Shown here: one piece after another, positions 31,125-39,240 of the stretch
How positions within the stretch are numbered: position 1 is the stretch's first letter
Layout of the letters: each line of letters begins with the position of its first letter
DNA from: Nitrospirota bacterium
GTDB lineage: Bacteria; Nitrospirota; UBA9217
Assembly: GCA_963751455.1 (NCBI GenBank)
Contig: CAVVUN010000015.1
Coordinates: forward strand, 1,216,001 to 1,280,000
DNA length: 64,000 bases
Reading direction: 5' to 3'
The notes under the pieces: generated by a model
What the model was told of the DNA's origin: nothing
The model's input: the letters and a program-made list of their open reading frames with translations, nothing else
Database searches by the model: none
Made by a program: the position numbers and the translations under genes

Positions 31125-31829
31125 ATGCGCATAGGCAAAATTGTAACCGTTTTGTTAACCATCGCAACTCTGACCGCATGCAATGATAATAAGAGGACGG
31201 CCGGAACAGGAAATGCGGTAAAGATCTCCGCATCCCAAATAATTTTCAAAAGCAGCGGGGTTGCGCTTGCAAGCACTACTGGCGTGGAAGTTGACCCGAA
31301 TATAAAGGTGCTTGCACAGAACGTCTCGATCGACACCGGATCAAACGCACTCAAGTCAGACAATCTTCAGGACGCGCTCGACAAAGAACTGGCTGTGGAT
31401 CTCGGGAAGACTCTGCTCGGCAAGACATGGAAAGTTACCAATAAAACAGCCGATCCGACCTATACTGGTACCACCGGCCAGATAAAGTTTAATGAGGACG
31501 GTACTATTAATCTCATGAGCGGTTACTTCGCTGCAATAGGCAAAGTCCATAGCAGCGAAATCAGTTTCTGCCATATACCGATCATAATCAACTATGAAAT
31601 TATAAGTGATGGCGTCATGTATGTAAGCGCCCAGGTCAAGCAGAGGGATGTAAACTCCTTACCAATCTTGCCTGGATATAAAAGCAGAGCGGCGGATAGC
31701 ACATATACAACCGATGAAGACAGCGTTGTGAAAGTAGTATCCCGAACCACTGACAAGATCGTTGTAACAGGCAGCGGCGGCTGCGGTTCGGTGGGGAGTG
31801 AGCGGATATCCATTCTAACGCCCCAATAA
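31125..31829 (+). CDS. Hypothetical lipoprotein
   Basis: Lipobox LTAC; AAGGAGG RBS. Confidence 0.75.
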   Translation: MRIGKIVTVLLTIATLTACNDNKRTAGTGNAVKISASQIIFKSSGVALASTTGVEVDPNIKVLAQNVSIDTGSNALKSDNLQDALDKELAVDLGKTLLGKTWKVTNKTADPTYTGTTGQIKFNEDGTINLMSGYFAAIGKVHSSEISFCHIPIIINYEIISDGVMYVSAQVKQRDVNSLPILPGYKSRAADSTYTTDEDSVVKVVSRTTDKIVVTGSGGCGSVGSERISILTPQ

Positions 31830-31861
31830 AAGAGGGTAATTTTTATTTAAATATTTTATGC

Positions 31862-32034
31862 CTAGTACTCCGTAAACTTAGTTGTTAATGGTTCAACGCC
31901 GTCATTCCGGCACGTTTTAAGCCGGAATCCAGGGAAATTTCGATTCAAACCTCTGGACCCCGGCTAAAGTCATGCCGGGGTGACGGAAAAAGAGGCGCAA
32001 TACACCATCAAGAACTACCTTTACAGGGTACTAG
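31862..32034. mobile_element. CTAG-bounded MITE (second end type) with GTCATTCC-type cargo
   Basis: CTAGTACTCCGTAAA ... TTTACAGGGTACTAG; inner CGTCATTCCGGC..GCCGGAATCCAG ... CTGGACCCCGGC..GCCGGGGTGACG. Confidence 0.7.
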
Positions 32035-32224
32035 TGTAGTGTCTCACAAACGACTGGTGTTATTGCGGCCATAATCACTTTCCCAAGACGGTCATTCCCG
32101 CAAGCGAAGCGCGTCGGGAATCCTTCTGAATGGGTGGAAAGATTCCGGACAAGCCGGAATGACGAGATAAGGGCGATTTGTCGCTCTATCTGATAACACC
32201 ATCTATTAAGAGACACTACACTAG
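32031..32224. mobile_element. CTAG-bounded MITE, same ends as 12727-12938, different cargo
   Basis: CTAGTGTAGTGTCTCACAAACGACTGGTGTTAT ... ATAACACCATCTATTAAGAGACACTACACTAG; inner GTCATTCCCGC...GATTCCGGACAAGCCGGAATGAC. Confidence 0.85.
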
Positions 32225-32334
32225 TCTTTCTACGTGTCTTCAGTCTTCTTGGCTGATCATTTACTTGCCTCAGGTTTCCAGTTGAAAACAACCTGCCCCT
32301 AGCGTATAATGGTGCTCGTTGAATGGAGGTTGTC

Positions 32335-32640
32335 ATGATGGATACGACGAATTGGAAGGTGACCGAGGCGCCGAACTGTCCCCACTGCAATTCCCTAATG
32401 GAGCAGATGGATGCCCGCTTCCTGGACTGGGACTCACCCTATCTCTGGGTTTGCTATAACAACGACTGCACTCTCTTCAAAAAGGGCTGGAACCACATGA
32501 TGGAGAACTTCGGCCAGCTGGTTTCCTACCGGTGCATGATCCATCCCCAAAGCGGGGAAAAAGGGGTAATCCCGGCCTTCAGTCATGAGTATTTGATGGA
32601 AAACGGCAAACCGGCAAATCCGAACTACCAGGATGAATGA
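32335..32640 (+). CDS. Small zinc-finger protein
   Basis: CPHC ... CYNNDC; GGAGG RBS. Confidence 0.7.
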   Translation: MMDTTNWKVTEAPNCPHCNSLMEQMDARFLDWDSPYLWVCYNNDCTLFKKGWNHMMENFGQLVSYRCMIHPQSGEKGVIPAFSHEYLMENGKPANPNYQDE

Positions 32641-32708
32641 TCCTAATCCGTATAAGCGGAATTGAAAATTGAAAAGTACAAAGTAAAAAAATCGCAACTG
32701 CTTAGACT

Positions 32709-32820
32709 TTCTCACACAAAGCCACAAAGTCACGAAGAAAGGCTTTAATTCGGAGGTTTACACAAAAAGACTGTTTAATCTTTTGTTTTTCTTTGTGTGC
32801 TCCGTTCCTTCGTGTGAGAA
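32709..32820. repeat. 9-nt-periodic palindromic element (CACAAAG variant)
   Basis: TTCTCACACAAAGCCACAAAGTCACGAAG ... CTTTGTGTGCTCCGTTCCTTCGTGTGAGAA. Confidence 0.75.
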
Positions 32821-32866
32821 TATTTTTTCATGGTCCTGAGTAGTTACAAAAAATCAATAAACAGCA

Positions 32867-32892
32867 AAAGCCGGGAACTGCTTCCCGGCTTT
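32867..32892. terminator. Bidirectional intrinsic terminator
   Basis: AAAGCCGGGAA-ctgc-TTCCCGGCTTT between convergent genes. Confidence 0.75.
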
Positions 32893-32919
32893 CTTGTTTG
32901 ATGCCTCTATGAACTTACC

Positions 32920-33351
32920 TTAATATCCCGTGATATAGTCTTTCAGGTAATGGATTTCCGAGGTGAGTTTCTTTACCTGGACCTGGATGATATCGCGGAT
33001 CGAGAGCATTCCCACGACCTTGTTGTTCTCGAGGACCGGCAGATGCCTGATGTTCTTTTCAACCATGATTGCGGAGATGTTGTTCAAATCGTCCTCAGGT
33101 ACGGCGACCATCAGGTCCCTGATCATGAAATCTCCGATCTTCAGTTCCTTGAAGCTCTTTCCACCGGACGACAGATAGCAGCGAACCACGTCCCGTTCGG
33201 TGAATATACCGACTGTCTTGCCCTTGTCCGTTACCATGATAGCGCTGATTTTGCGGGTATTCATGGACCGGATTGCGTCCTCGACCGAACTTGCAGCATC
33301 AATGGATACGATCTCTTTTCCCTTGCTATTGAGCAAATCCCGAACTATCAT
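32920..33351 (-). CDS. CBS-domain protein
   Basis: Two CBS repeats (VGIFTERDVV, IRHLPV..VGMLSIRDII). Confidence 0.9.
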   Translation of the reverse strand: MIVRDLLNSKGKEIVSIDAASSVEDAIRSMNTRKISAIMVTDKGKTVGIFTERDVVRCYLSSGGKSFKELKIGDFMIRDLMVAVPEDDLNNISAIMVEKNIRHLPVLENNKVVGMLSIRDIIQVQVKKLTSEIHYLKDYITGY

Positions 33352-33389
33352 CCTTCACCTCCGCATTATCATGATTTTTACTAGGAGTT

Positions 33390-33418
33390 ACTATAGCAGT
33401 CCGGGCGGTAAGTGTCAA
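33390..33418 (-). promoter_or_regulatory. sigma70 promoter for the CBS gene
   Basis: TTGACA-N17-TATAGT on the minus strand. Confidence 0.6.
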
Positions 33419-33621
33419 TCGCCGGATGCCCCCAAAAAAGACTTTCGATCGAGGCTTTTAATACGCTCAAAAAGCCCCTGATACAGGGTCAGGCCGCTTT
33501 TTCTCATGTGGAATTTGGTTTTGAATTGTGTTAAAATCGCTTGTCAGGCGAAAAAGGCCAGCAGTCATAAGTAGTTGCGGCAAATCTGCCGAGTGGATAT
33601 AAAACAGGAAGAGCGGGTGCG

Positions 33622-33798
33622 ATGAAAAGAGATGTTTGGATATTTTTGTTCGTCCTCGGCGTTCTTTTTTTCAGCTGGCCGATCATCAGCATTTTCAAGA
33701 ATAACCTGGTGCTTTCACTCTTCATCATCTGGCTGCTTTTCATTGTTCTGATTTTCGTGGCTTCTATCTTTTCAGAACGAGAAGACGGCGGAGGCTAA
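33622..33798 (+). CDS. 58-aa two-TM peptide directly upstream of the SLC5 kinase (not in the ORF track)
   Basis: MKRDVWIFLFVLGVLFFSWPIISIFKNNLVLSLFIIWLLFIVLIFVASIFSEREDGGG; its TAA abuts the GTG start at 33799. Confidence 0.7.
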   Translation: MKRDVWIFLFVLGVLFFSWPIISIFKNNLVLSLFIIWLLFIVLIFVASIFSEREDGGG

Positions 33799-36744
33799 GT
33801 GTTTTCTCCCTGGATCCTGCTCACAGTCATTTTTTTCTATCTTCTCCTCCTGTTCTTGGTGGCATATTTCGCAGAGCGCAAGGAACTGCAGGGGAAAAGC
33901 CTCGTATCCAATCCTTATATTTATTCGCTCTCTCTGGCCGTTTACTGCACATCATGGACTTTTTACGGAAGCGTCGGCAAGGCGGCGAACGCGGGCCTCA
34001 GTTTTCTCACGATCTACGTAGGCCCCACATTGATGGCGGCGCTCTGGTGGATCGTTCTGAGAAAGATCGTCCACATCTCCAGGGAGAACCGCATCACCAC
34101 GATTTCCGACTTCATCGGCTCACGCTACGGCAAATCGCTCTCGTTATCCGCCCTCGTTACTCTCGTCGCCGTCGTCGGGATCACCCCGTACCTGGGCCTG
34201 CAGCTCAAGGCCATTATGACGGCATTCTCCCTGCTTTCGGGCAGGCCCGAGGGAAATCATTTTGCCGGCTGGTTCATCTCGGTGCTGCTCGGCGTATTCG
34301 CCGTCATCTTCGGCGCCCGCCGGCTGGACGCCTCCGAGCGGCACGGCGGCCTGGTCTTCGCAATTGCGTTCGAATCGGCCATCAAGCTGGTGGCCTTTCT
34401 CATGGTCGGGATTTTCGTCACGTACGGGCTCTTTCACGGTTTCGGCGATATCTTCACCCGGATCGCCAACAGCCCCCATGCGGCTCTCATGAAGATAGGG
34501 CCCGGTTCGGGAGTAAGTTTTCTCGAATGGACATCGCTTACCTTCCTCTCGATGATGGCCATTATGTTTCTGCCACGGCAATTCCACGTGGCGGTCGTCG
34601 AAAATTATTCGGCGGACCACATCAAGAAAGCCATGTGGCTTTTCCCTTTGTATCTGTTTTTGATCAATATATTTGTTCTTCCGATCGCATACGGGGGGCT
34701 TCTCCTGAGCGATATTTCCTCCACCGCCGACTATTACGTGCTCAGCATCCCGATGCATTACGGCCACCCGCTTCTCGCTATCATCGTCTTTATCGGCGGG
34801 TTTTCAGCGGCAACCGCCATGATCATCGTGGAATCGATTGCCCTGAGCACCATGGTCATGAACAGCTTCGTGGTGCCGACGCTCTGGGACCTGAGCGGCA
34901 TCAAGAATTTTTACGCGGTGATCCTGAACATAAAGAGGCTTGTCATTCTCGGGTGCGTGTTTCTCGGGTACGCCTTCGCTATCTACATCGGGGACTTCTA
35001 CAGTCTGGTGGACATCGGGCTCAAGTCGTTCGAAGCGGTCACTATCTTCGCGCCCTGTATTCTGCTCGGTCTCTATTGGAAAGGTGGAAATAAAAAAGGC
35101 GCGACTGCCGGCATCATCGCCGGTTTCTCAGTCTGGATCTACACCCTGCTGATTCCCGCGCTCATGCGGGCAGGGATCATTGTTCCGGGCGGTACGATGG
35201 AATCGCTTTTCAACTCAAGGCTTCTGAATCCCACCGCGCTGTTCGGTCTTGACGGGCTGGACCGGTGGAGTCACTCCCTGTTCTGGGGCATGCTCCTGAA
35301 TGTCGGCTTCTATGTGGGCGTATCGTTGTTTACAAAGCAGTCCGACGCCGACACGCGCCAGGCGATCATTTTCGTGGATTCCTATTCGCCGCTCCAATTT
35401 TCTCATCCACAACGGCCGTCCAGCATTGCCGAAATCGAGGATATTCTCGGTCAGTACATCGGTCTTTTCGAGGCACGGGAGGCCGTAGAAGTGTTCCTCA
35501 AAAAGAACCAGCTCAATCGTGAATCCATTTCGACCGAGTGGCTCTTCAAGCTGAGGCAGGAAGCGGAGCGCATGCTCTCAGGGGCGCTGGGTCCGTCCAT
35601 CAGCACGCTCGTATTCCAGGAGCGGGCCGTCCTTACCCATGAAGACGCCATTCGTGTCTCGAATTCTATCCAGCAGATATCCCGCAGTCTCAGATTATCC
35701 AGGCAGGAACTGGCCGATGCCAATCGTCAGCTCGCGATGTTGAAAGAATTCAGCGAAAACATCATCGAGAGCCTTCCGCTCGGGGTGGCAACGCTCGACG
35801 AGTCGTTGCGCGTAAAATATTGGAACAGCGGTATGGAGATGATCACCGGCGTGGAAAAATCCGATGCGCTTACCAGCGAAGCGGCAGACCTGCTGACCTG
35901 CCTGGAGCCGCGTCTTTTTACACCCCAGATACGTGAAGGTGAGATCACCTGCAGGAGAAACTTCGAGCCGCAGATCATACTCAAAGGCTACGTCAGCAGA
36001 CTGACCGGCGCGCAAAAAGGGTATGTGCTTGTTCTCGAAGACATTACCGAGAAAAAGAAGATCGAGGAGGAGCTGTTCCGCGCGACCAAGCACGCGAGCG
36101 TGGGCAGGCTTGCGGCCGGCGTGGCGCACGAAATCGGGAACCCGCTTGCCTCCATTTCATCCCTGGTCCAGGAGCTGCAGAGCGAAACCCTGTCTCCGTT
36201 CGTGAAGGACTCGCTTTCAACGATCAACGAACACGTGCACCGGATCGCCCGCATTGTCCGGAACCTCGGGGACTTCGCCCGGCTCTATCCGCGCCAGAAG
36301 GTTCCCACGAACCTGAAGGACATACTCGAGAACACGCTCAGCCTTGTTCGGTACGACAAAAACTTCAGGAAGATCGAAGTTCGGTCCGATGTCGAGCAAA
36401 CGCCGCCTCTTAAAATAGACCCCGACCAGATTCAGCAGGTTTTTTTGAATTTGATCCTGAATGCGCGGGACGCCATGCCGGAAGGCGGGTCCCTGGCGAT
36501 CAGCGTGAAACAAGTCGACGGCAATGTCGAAATGCTGTTTTCCGACACCGGCATCGGGATCGACGCGGAAGTCAAGGAAAAGGTATTCGATCCTTTCTTC
36601 AGCACGAAGGGGCCGACCAAGGGCACCGGCCTGGGCCTCTCGATCTGCTACAGCATAATCAAGGACCACGGCGGCACCATCGAAATCGATTCCAAGAAGG
36701 ACAAGGGCACCACGTTCATCATTAAAATACCTGTTGCGGCATAG
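33799..36744 (+). CDS. Na+:solute symporter (SLC5)-PAS-histidine kinase (CbrA/CrbS-like)
   Basis: YSLSLAVYCTSWTFYGSVG and LPRQFHV SLC5 motifs; PAS; H-box VAHEIGNPL; N, G1, F and G2 boxes. Confidence 0.92.
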   Translation: MFSPWILLTVIFFYLLLLFLVAYFAERKELQGKSLVSNPYIYSLSLAVYCTSWTFYGSVGKAANAGLSFLTIYVGPTLMAALWWIVLRKIVHISRENRITTISDFIGSRYGKSLSLSALVTLVAVVGITPYLGLQLKAIMTAFSLLSGRPEGNHFAGWFISVLLGVFAVIFGARRLDASERHGGLVFAIAFESAIKLVAFLMVGIFVTYGLFHGFGDIFTRIANSPHAALMKIGPGSGVSFLEWTSLTFLSMMAIMFLPRQFHVAVVENYSADHIKKAMWLFPLYLFLINIFVLPIAYGGLLLSDISSTADYYVLSIPMHYGHPLLAIIVFIGGFSAATAMIIVESIALSTMVMNSFVVPTLWDLSGIKNFYAVILNIKRLVILGCVFLGYAFAIYIGDFYSLVDIGLKSFEAVTIFAPCILLGLYWKGGNKKGATAGIIAGFSVWIYTLLIPALMRAGIIVPGGTMESLFNSRLLNPTALFGLDGLDRWSHSLFWGMLLNVGFYVGVSLFTKQSDADTRQAIIFVDSYSPLQFSHPQRPSSIAEIEDILGQYIGLFEAREAVEVFLKKNQLNRESISTEWLFKLRQEAERMLSGALGPSISTLVFQERAVLTHEDAIRVSNSIQQISRSLRLSRQELADANRQLAMLKEFSENIIESLPLGVATLDESLRVKYWNSGMEMITGVEKSDALTSEAADLLTCLEPRLFTPQIREGEITCRRNFEPQIILKGYVSRLTGAQKGYVLVLEDITEKKKIEEELFRATKHASVGRLAAGVAHEIGNPLASISSLVQELQSETLSPFVKDSLSTINEHVHRIARIVRNLGDFARLYPRQKVPTNLKDILENTLSLVRYDKNFRKIEVRSDVEQTPPLKIDPDQIQQVFLNLILNARDAMPEGGSLAISVKQVDGNVEMLFSDTGIGIDAEVKEKVFDPFFSTKGPTKGTGLGLSICYSIIKDHGGTIEIDSKKDKGTTFIIKIPVAA

Positions 36745-36750
36745 CGTTCC

Positions 36751-37443
36751 ATCCGCAGATGCTCTGTAAAGGCGTAGGAATTTTATCCGCAGATTACACA
36801 GATTACGCAGAGAAAGAGAAATATCAAATTATAAAGCCGAGAGATCAGGAAGATTTAGAAATCAGAAGAATGAATTATTGTTGTCTGATTTTTAATCCGT
36901 GTAATCGGCGTAATCTGCGGATAAAAAGGACACGATGATGAAGCCTTTGTCTGTTGAAATAGCAGAAGCCTCAGAAAAAGATCCGAGAACATATGCTCTG
37001 ATCGGCGCAGCTATGGATGTCCATCGGGAGTTAGGATGTGGGTTCCTCGAAAATGTGTACCATGAAGCATATGCATATGAATTGGCAGACAAGAAAATAC
37101 CGTTTGGACGGGAAGTGGAGTTGCCGGTATTTTATAAAGCTATAAAAATGGACACATCCTATCGCGCAGATTTCATTTGCTTCGAAACTGTAGCCGTTGA
37201 AATTAAAGCTCTCGCGAAGATAGGGCGCATTGACGAAGCTCAAATCATTAATTATTTGAAAGCAACAGGGTTCACGGTGGGCCTACTCTTGAACTTTGGT
37301 GCGGCGTCACTGGAATATAAGCGTTTTGCTTTTACCAAGCCTTAACGCTGTCAAAAAAGATCTTAAGTTCAGAGAATTCTGTCGTTTTTATTTTGCGAAA
37401 TTAATTTTTGTTTAATCTGTGCAATCTGTGTAATCTGCGGCTA
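36751..37443. mobile_element. GxxExxY cassette bracketed by CGCAGATT-family inverted repeats
   Basis: Left arms at 36751 and 36783; right arms at 36894-36924 and 37414-37443; lies between a kinase and its response regulator. Confidence 0.6.
36935..37345 (+). CDS. GxxExxY protein (PD-(D/E)XK nuclease superfamily)
   Basis: LGCGFLENVY, RADF...VEIKA, AQIINYLKATG..GLLLNFG. Confidence 0.92.
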   Translation: MMKPLSVEIAEASEKDPRTYALIGAAMDVHRELGCGFLENVYHEAYAYELADKKIPFGREVELPVFYKAIKMDTSYRADFICFETVAVEIKALAKIGRIDEAQIINYLKATGFTVGLLLNFGAASLEYKRFAFTKP

Positions 37444-37514
37444 AAAGGAATGGTTTTCATCATTTTTCTTAATCCGTTTAATCCGAAAAAACTGTGGGAT
37501 AGAATGAGGTTTTT

Positions 37515-38864
37515 ATGTCAAAGAGCATTCTGATTGTCGAAGACGAAGAGACGCTGCGGGAATCCATCAAGCGCATTTTTATGAAGGAAGGCTTTATGGT
37601 TGATGCAGCGGACTCCGCCGAAAAGGGGCTGGCCCTGCTCGAGACGAGCGTCTATGACGTTATCATTTCCGACATCATCCTTCCCGGCATGGACGGGATC
37701 GAGATGCTCGTAAAGGTCCGGGAACAGATACCCGACCAGATATTCATCGTTATTACCGCATATGCGTCGCTCGACACGTCGGTAAAAGCTCTTCGTGCCG
37801 GGGCGTACGATTACATTATGAAGCCCATTATCCATGAAGAGATCAAGCAGATCGTCAGGAATGCGCTCCGGCAGAAGAGTCTTCAGTCCGAGAACGTTCT
37901 GCTCAAGCGCGAAATCGGGAAGAGCTACGATTTCAGCAGCATCATCGGCGAAAGCCCGGCTTTGAAGGCCATCTTGAGCGAAGTACGCAAGATCACGGAC
38001 ACAAAGAGCAACGTACTCCTGCTCGGGGAGACCGGGACGGGCAAGGAGCTTTTTGCCAGGGTCATTCACCACAACAGCTCGCGCCGGCTTATGCCGTTCG
38101 TGCCGATCAACTGCTCAGCCATCCCGGAAAATCTTCTGGAAACCGAGCTCTTCGGCCACGTGCGCGGCGCTTTTACCGGCGCAGTCGCTTCAAAAAAGGG
38201 CATTCTCGAGGAGGCTGAGGGCGGAACCGTGTTTCTTGACGAGATCGGAGACATGAGCCTTGCGCTCCAGGCGAAACTGCTTCGTGTTATCGAGGACCAG
38301 ATTATCCGTCCGGTCGGGAGCACCAAGGGCACCAAGATGGATATCAGGTTTCTAACCGCGACCAACAAGGACGTCCGTATGGCAGTAAAACAGGGGAGCT
38401 TCCGGGAAGACCTCTATTACCGGATCAACGTCATCTCGATCCAGATTCCGCCGCTTCGTGAGCGGAAAGAAGACATCGCCTCGCTGATCCGTTACTACCT
38501 CGATAAGTATTCGCAGGAAGTGGGCAAACAGGTCAAGGACATTTCGCCGGATGCGATGCACATCATGCTGAACTACGAATGGTCCGGGAACGTGCGCGAG
38601 CTTCAGAACGTGATCGAACGGGCTATCCTTATTTCGGACGGGGACATTATCGGGCCCGCTCACTTGCCGCTGAGCATGAGGTCGGATGGCGCACTGGAGC
38701 AGGATGTCTTCGATCAAAAACTCTCCATTGAAGACTATACAAAGGCCTTCATTCAGAAATACCAGACCCAGTTCAACGAGCAACAGCTTGCCGACATGCT
38801 TGGAATAACGCGCAAATCCCTCTGGGAGAAGCGGAAAAAATGGGGGATACAGAAGGAGCGGTAG
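37515..38864 (+). CDS. sigma54-dependent response regulator (NtrC family)
   Basis: REC domain, GETGTGKE, GAFTGA, FLDEIG, WSGNVREL, C-terminal HTH. Confidence 0.93.
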   Translation: MSKSILIVEDEETLRESIKRIFMKEGFMVDAADSAEKGLALLETSVYDVIISDIILPGMDGIEMLVKVREQIPDQIFIVITAYASLDTSVKALRAGAYDYIMKPIIHEEIKQIVRNALRQKSLQSENVLLKREIGKSYDFSSIIGESPALKAILSEVRKITDTKSNVLLLGETGTGKELFARVIHHNSSRRLMPFVPINCSAIPENLLETELFGHVRGAFTGAVASKKGILEEAEGGTVFLDEIGDMSLALQAKLLRVIEDQIIRPVGSTKGTKMDIRFLTATNKDVRMAVKQGSFREDLYYRINVISIQIPPLRERKEDIASLIRYYLDKYSQEVGKQVKDISPDAMHIMLNYEWSGNVRELQNVIERAILISDGDIIGPAHLPLSMRSDGALEQDVFDQKLSIEDYTKAFIQKYQTQFNEQQLADMLGITRKSLWEKRKKWGIQKER

Positions 38865-38943
38865 CACCGCTGCTGCTGACTAAGCCCCTGGCCCACGGTT
38901 CCGGTTTCAGGCCATCAGCTTCATACGTCCCTGCCCCTGAACG

Positions 38944-38971
38944 TTGACAATCATATAAACCCTATTATACT
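38944..38971 (+). promoter_or_regulatory. sigma70 promoter upstream of glgB
   Basis: TTGACA-N16-TATACT. Confidence 0.55.
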
Positions 38972-39056
38972 TTTATCAGAGAGTTCTTTCTCTCATCTCC
39001 TGAAATTTGTAACTATTCAGCTTCACGGCATTAAGACAAATCTGAGAAAAGCCTTC

Positions 39057-39176
39057 TATCCGCGGATTTCGTACCCTGCTGTTGCCGAAGCGCGGGCACA
39101 AGCAGATGGACGCAGATTTTAAAATCAGAATTCGGGTTTTGTTTTTATCTGCGAAATCGGCGTAATCTGTGGATAA
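39057..39176. repeat. CGCAGATT-family element, reverse orientation, with the ~35-nt insert
   Basis: TATCCGCGGATTTC[GTACCCTGCTGTTGCCGAAGCGCGGGCACAAG]CAGATGGACGCAGATT ... ATCTGCGAAATCGGCGTAATCTGTGGATAA. Confidence 0.8.
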
Positions 39177-39240
39177 AAAATGACCTGAGTAGTGAAATTT
39201 TAATGTTCCCGATATGATATAATGACCGGATGGAGGACGC

